Below, piece after piece: positions 61,989 through 64,000 of a stretch of DNA of 64,000 nucleotides. The stretch comes from a virus. Taxonomy: Duplodnaviria; Caudoviricetes. The notes below the pieces were generated by a model. That model saw only the letters and a program-made list of their open reading frames with translations, ran no database searches and was not told the origin of the DNA. Position 1 is the stretch's first letter. The number at the start of each line of letters is the position of its first letter. The translations under genes were made by a program, and so were the position numbers. The stretch covers positions 32,001 to 96,000 of IMG/VR virus record IMGVR_UViG_3300029305_003110, one strand, 5' to 3'.

Positions 61989-63242
61989 TTATTTTTCTTC
62001 ATCTAAATCAAATAAGTCTTTAATTAATGAATTGATGTAAAAAGTATTAACAAATATTATCAGCCTATACGTTGATGATGGGTTTATTTTTTTAGTTATT
62101 AGTTTAAATTCATCAAAATCTAATTCATAATCAATATGTGGTTTAAGAGTTTGATTATCTTTCATAACAGTATATTGCATAAATGTCGACAATGGTATTC
62201 CATGCTCTTTATGATATTCAATACACCGCATCATACTATTGTTAAATAGTTGTTTTATATCCATAATATCCGGATCAGCATGTGCATCTACCATATATAT
62301 TGGTGAAGTATATATGTTCCAACCATCAGCAATACGTTCTTTATATAAGTTATTTATTGTAAATAACGGTATTAATCTATTTGGGTCTCCATCGTGCATA
62401 CCTATAACAAAGTCGTCAATCCATTCGGGATGCTCTGCAAAATAATAGTATAAGCCAGATGCATTAAATTCTGTAGATACAGTAAAAGATATAGTATGTG
62501 TATCTGCGATCATGCCCTTTTTATTTCCTTCATCTATCGCAAGACCTGATATAGTGGTATCAATATTTACAGGATAAAATCTAAAAAATTCATCATTTCC
62601 AGTCGAGTTTTTCATCTTATAGGAGATTGGATACATAGAAACACTATTAACATAGTCTAAAAATGGTTTAATAGAACCATTTTCGTCATACATTTCCATT
62701 CCTATATCTTTTGCCATTAATTCAAACAATTCCCTTGGAATAAAACTCTCCAAACATGTTTTCAAAAAAAATGGCTTCTCTTGTCTTACTCTATTTTTAA
62801 AGAAATGAGCTTGATTAAGTTGTTCCATTTGGGTTTCTGTAACAATAGTAATATCAAAGAACATCTTCAATCTATTTAATAGAAATTTTATTTGATTTCC
62901 TTTAGATTTATCATTTATAAATGGTTGTAAATTAGTAAAGCTTGTATCTATATAGTTATCCATCATTCGAGTTGTCAACAGTGTATTATATAAAAATGTA
63001 TCAGAATCATTCAATTCAACCCTAGGTCGTATGATTAACATAGGTTTAGATTTTCTTAGGAATTCTTTATTGGTATTCTGAAATATATTAAATTGTCTAT
63101 ATGCTATAGTTGAACTAATATGCACTGTTTTAAAATAATTTTCAGGAAATAATCCTTTTATATATTCAGTTATAAAACAGGTAATATTTCCATATGTATG
63201 TGCTAATGATGTTTGAGCCATACAATAACCCATTACAATCAC
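61989..63242 (-). CDS. putative virion structural protein of AR9-like jumbo phages
   Basis: 417 aa ORF; AACA-N6-TA at 63256..63267 upstream; family assignment is recollection, not verified. Confidence 0.55.
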   Translation of the reverse strand: MIVMGYCMAQTSLAHTYGNITCFITEYIKGLFPENYFKTVHISSTIAYRQFNIFQNTNKEFLRKSKPMLIIRPRVELNDSDTFLYNTLLTTRMMDNYIDTSFTNLQPFINDKSKGNQIKFLLNRLKMFFDITIVTETQMEQLNQAHFFKNRVRQEKPFFLKTCLESFIPRELFELMAKDIGMEMYDENGSIKPFLDYVNSVSMYPISYKMKNSTGNDEFFRFYPVNIDTTISGLAIDEGNKKGMIADTHTISFTVSTEFNASGLYYYFAEHPEWIDDFVIGMHDGDPNRLIPLFTINNLYKERIADGWNIYTSPIYMVDAHADPDIMDIKQLFNNSMMRCIEYHKEHGIPLSTFMQYTVMKDNQTLKPHIDYELDFDEFKLITKKINPSSTYRLIIFVNTFYINSLIKDLFDLDEEK

Positions 63243-63456
63243 TTCCTCTCATATTTATTTAAATGTTTTTAGATATATTATCAACATAAAATTAAAAAAA
63301 AAGATACCTGCTGGTTACAGATATCTTTTTAAAGTTATATTGTTACATCTACGGTAATAATATGTAAAACAATCATTCAAAATCACGGATTTATCATATT
63401 AGATAAATCCGTAAAATATATTTTTAAATATTATATGATGGTATTAACATAATTAT

Positions 63457-63595
63457 AATTATCAACGTTAATTACTCTTTAAGATATATACATTTATAGT
63501 CACCTCCTTATAGAATATAAATATATACCGGTATCTTAAAGAGTAATTTATTTGCGGAATCTAGAAATTAATCTAGATTCCGCATTATATTTTTT
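63457..63595 (+). ncRNA. candidate small RNA: long hairpin with anti-Shine-Dalgarno loop plus terminator
   Basis: AACA-N6-TA at 63446..63457; stem 63470-63498/63516-63548; loop GTCACCTCCTTATAGAA; terminator 63553..63584 plus T-run. Confidence 0.4.
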
Positions 63596-64000
63596 ATTTA
63601 CCTATATAACGTAACATATTTCTTATCATTGTTGCAACTTCTGCACGTGAAATTAATCTTTCTCCGTCAAAAGTACCGTCTTCATATCCATTGATAACTC
63701 CCATATTGTATAAGTCGTTAACATGATAATATGCCCAATGGTCTTTAGCAACATCTAGCATTGTCTTATTATGAGCAATACTCGGTTTACCGATAAGATA
63801 ATTCATTGCATTACGAACTATTACGGCAACTTCAAATCTGGTAATTTTTCTGTCTGGTGAGAATTTGCGAACACCTGTTCCATTAACAATTCCCATATTA
63901 TATGCAGCAGTAACATGTGTGTATGCCCAATTAGATTGAGCGATATCACTAAATACTTTATCTGTATATGTGTAATTGTATTTAGTACCACAATATTTTA
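63594..64000 (-). CDS. S-layer homology (SLH) domain protein, 5' end outside window
   Basis: FSDIAQSNWAYTHV..AYNMGIVNG...FSPDRKITRFE and DVAKDHWAY...GVINGYEDGTFDGERLISRAE; the frame stays open to the window edge. Confidence 0.85.
   Translation of the reverse strand, partial: KYCGTKYNYTYTDKVFSDIAQSNWAYTHVTAAYNMGIVNGTGVRKFSPDRKITRFEVAVIVRNAMNYLIGKPSIAHNKTMLDVAKDHWAYYHVNDLYNMGVINGYEDGTFDGERLISRAEVATMIRNMLRYIGK

Overview
This AT-rich 64 kb window comes from an AR9/PBS1/phiKZ-type jumbo phage. The host is probably a spore-forming Firmicute, inferred from a Spo0A C-terminal-domain protein and an SLH-domain protein. The minus strand (about 1-36.9 kb and 59.7-64 kb) carries small accessory genes, including two GNATs and three paralogous hexapeptide beta-helix proteins. 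It also carries two different RNA polymerase beta C-terminal subunits, RecA/UvsX, a PhuZ/TubZ-like tubulin, gyrA and gyrB, a DHH phosphoesterase, RecD/Dda-like and DnaB-like helicases, SbcD-like and PD-(D/E)XK nucleases, and polyphosphate kinase. The plus-strand block (37-59.7 kb) holds tRNA-Gln, tRNA-Leu and virion/fibre genes. Four group I introns were resolved to the nucleotide: two ORF-less tandem introns in the RNAP beta gene, and HNH-carrying introns in gyrA and dnaB. One RNAP intron appears to lack the whole P9 domain. Two recurring upstream motifs define a likely phage promoter grammar: AACA-N6-TA (the AR9 late consensus) and TATATATTAT. Promoter- and terminator-flanked non-coding hairpins near 63.3-63.6 kb include one whose loop displays the anti-Shine-Dalgarno sequence; these are candidate novel sRNAs. 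All calls come from motif recognition by eye; no searches were run.
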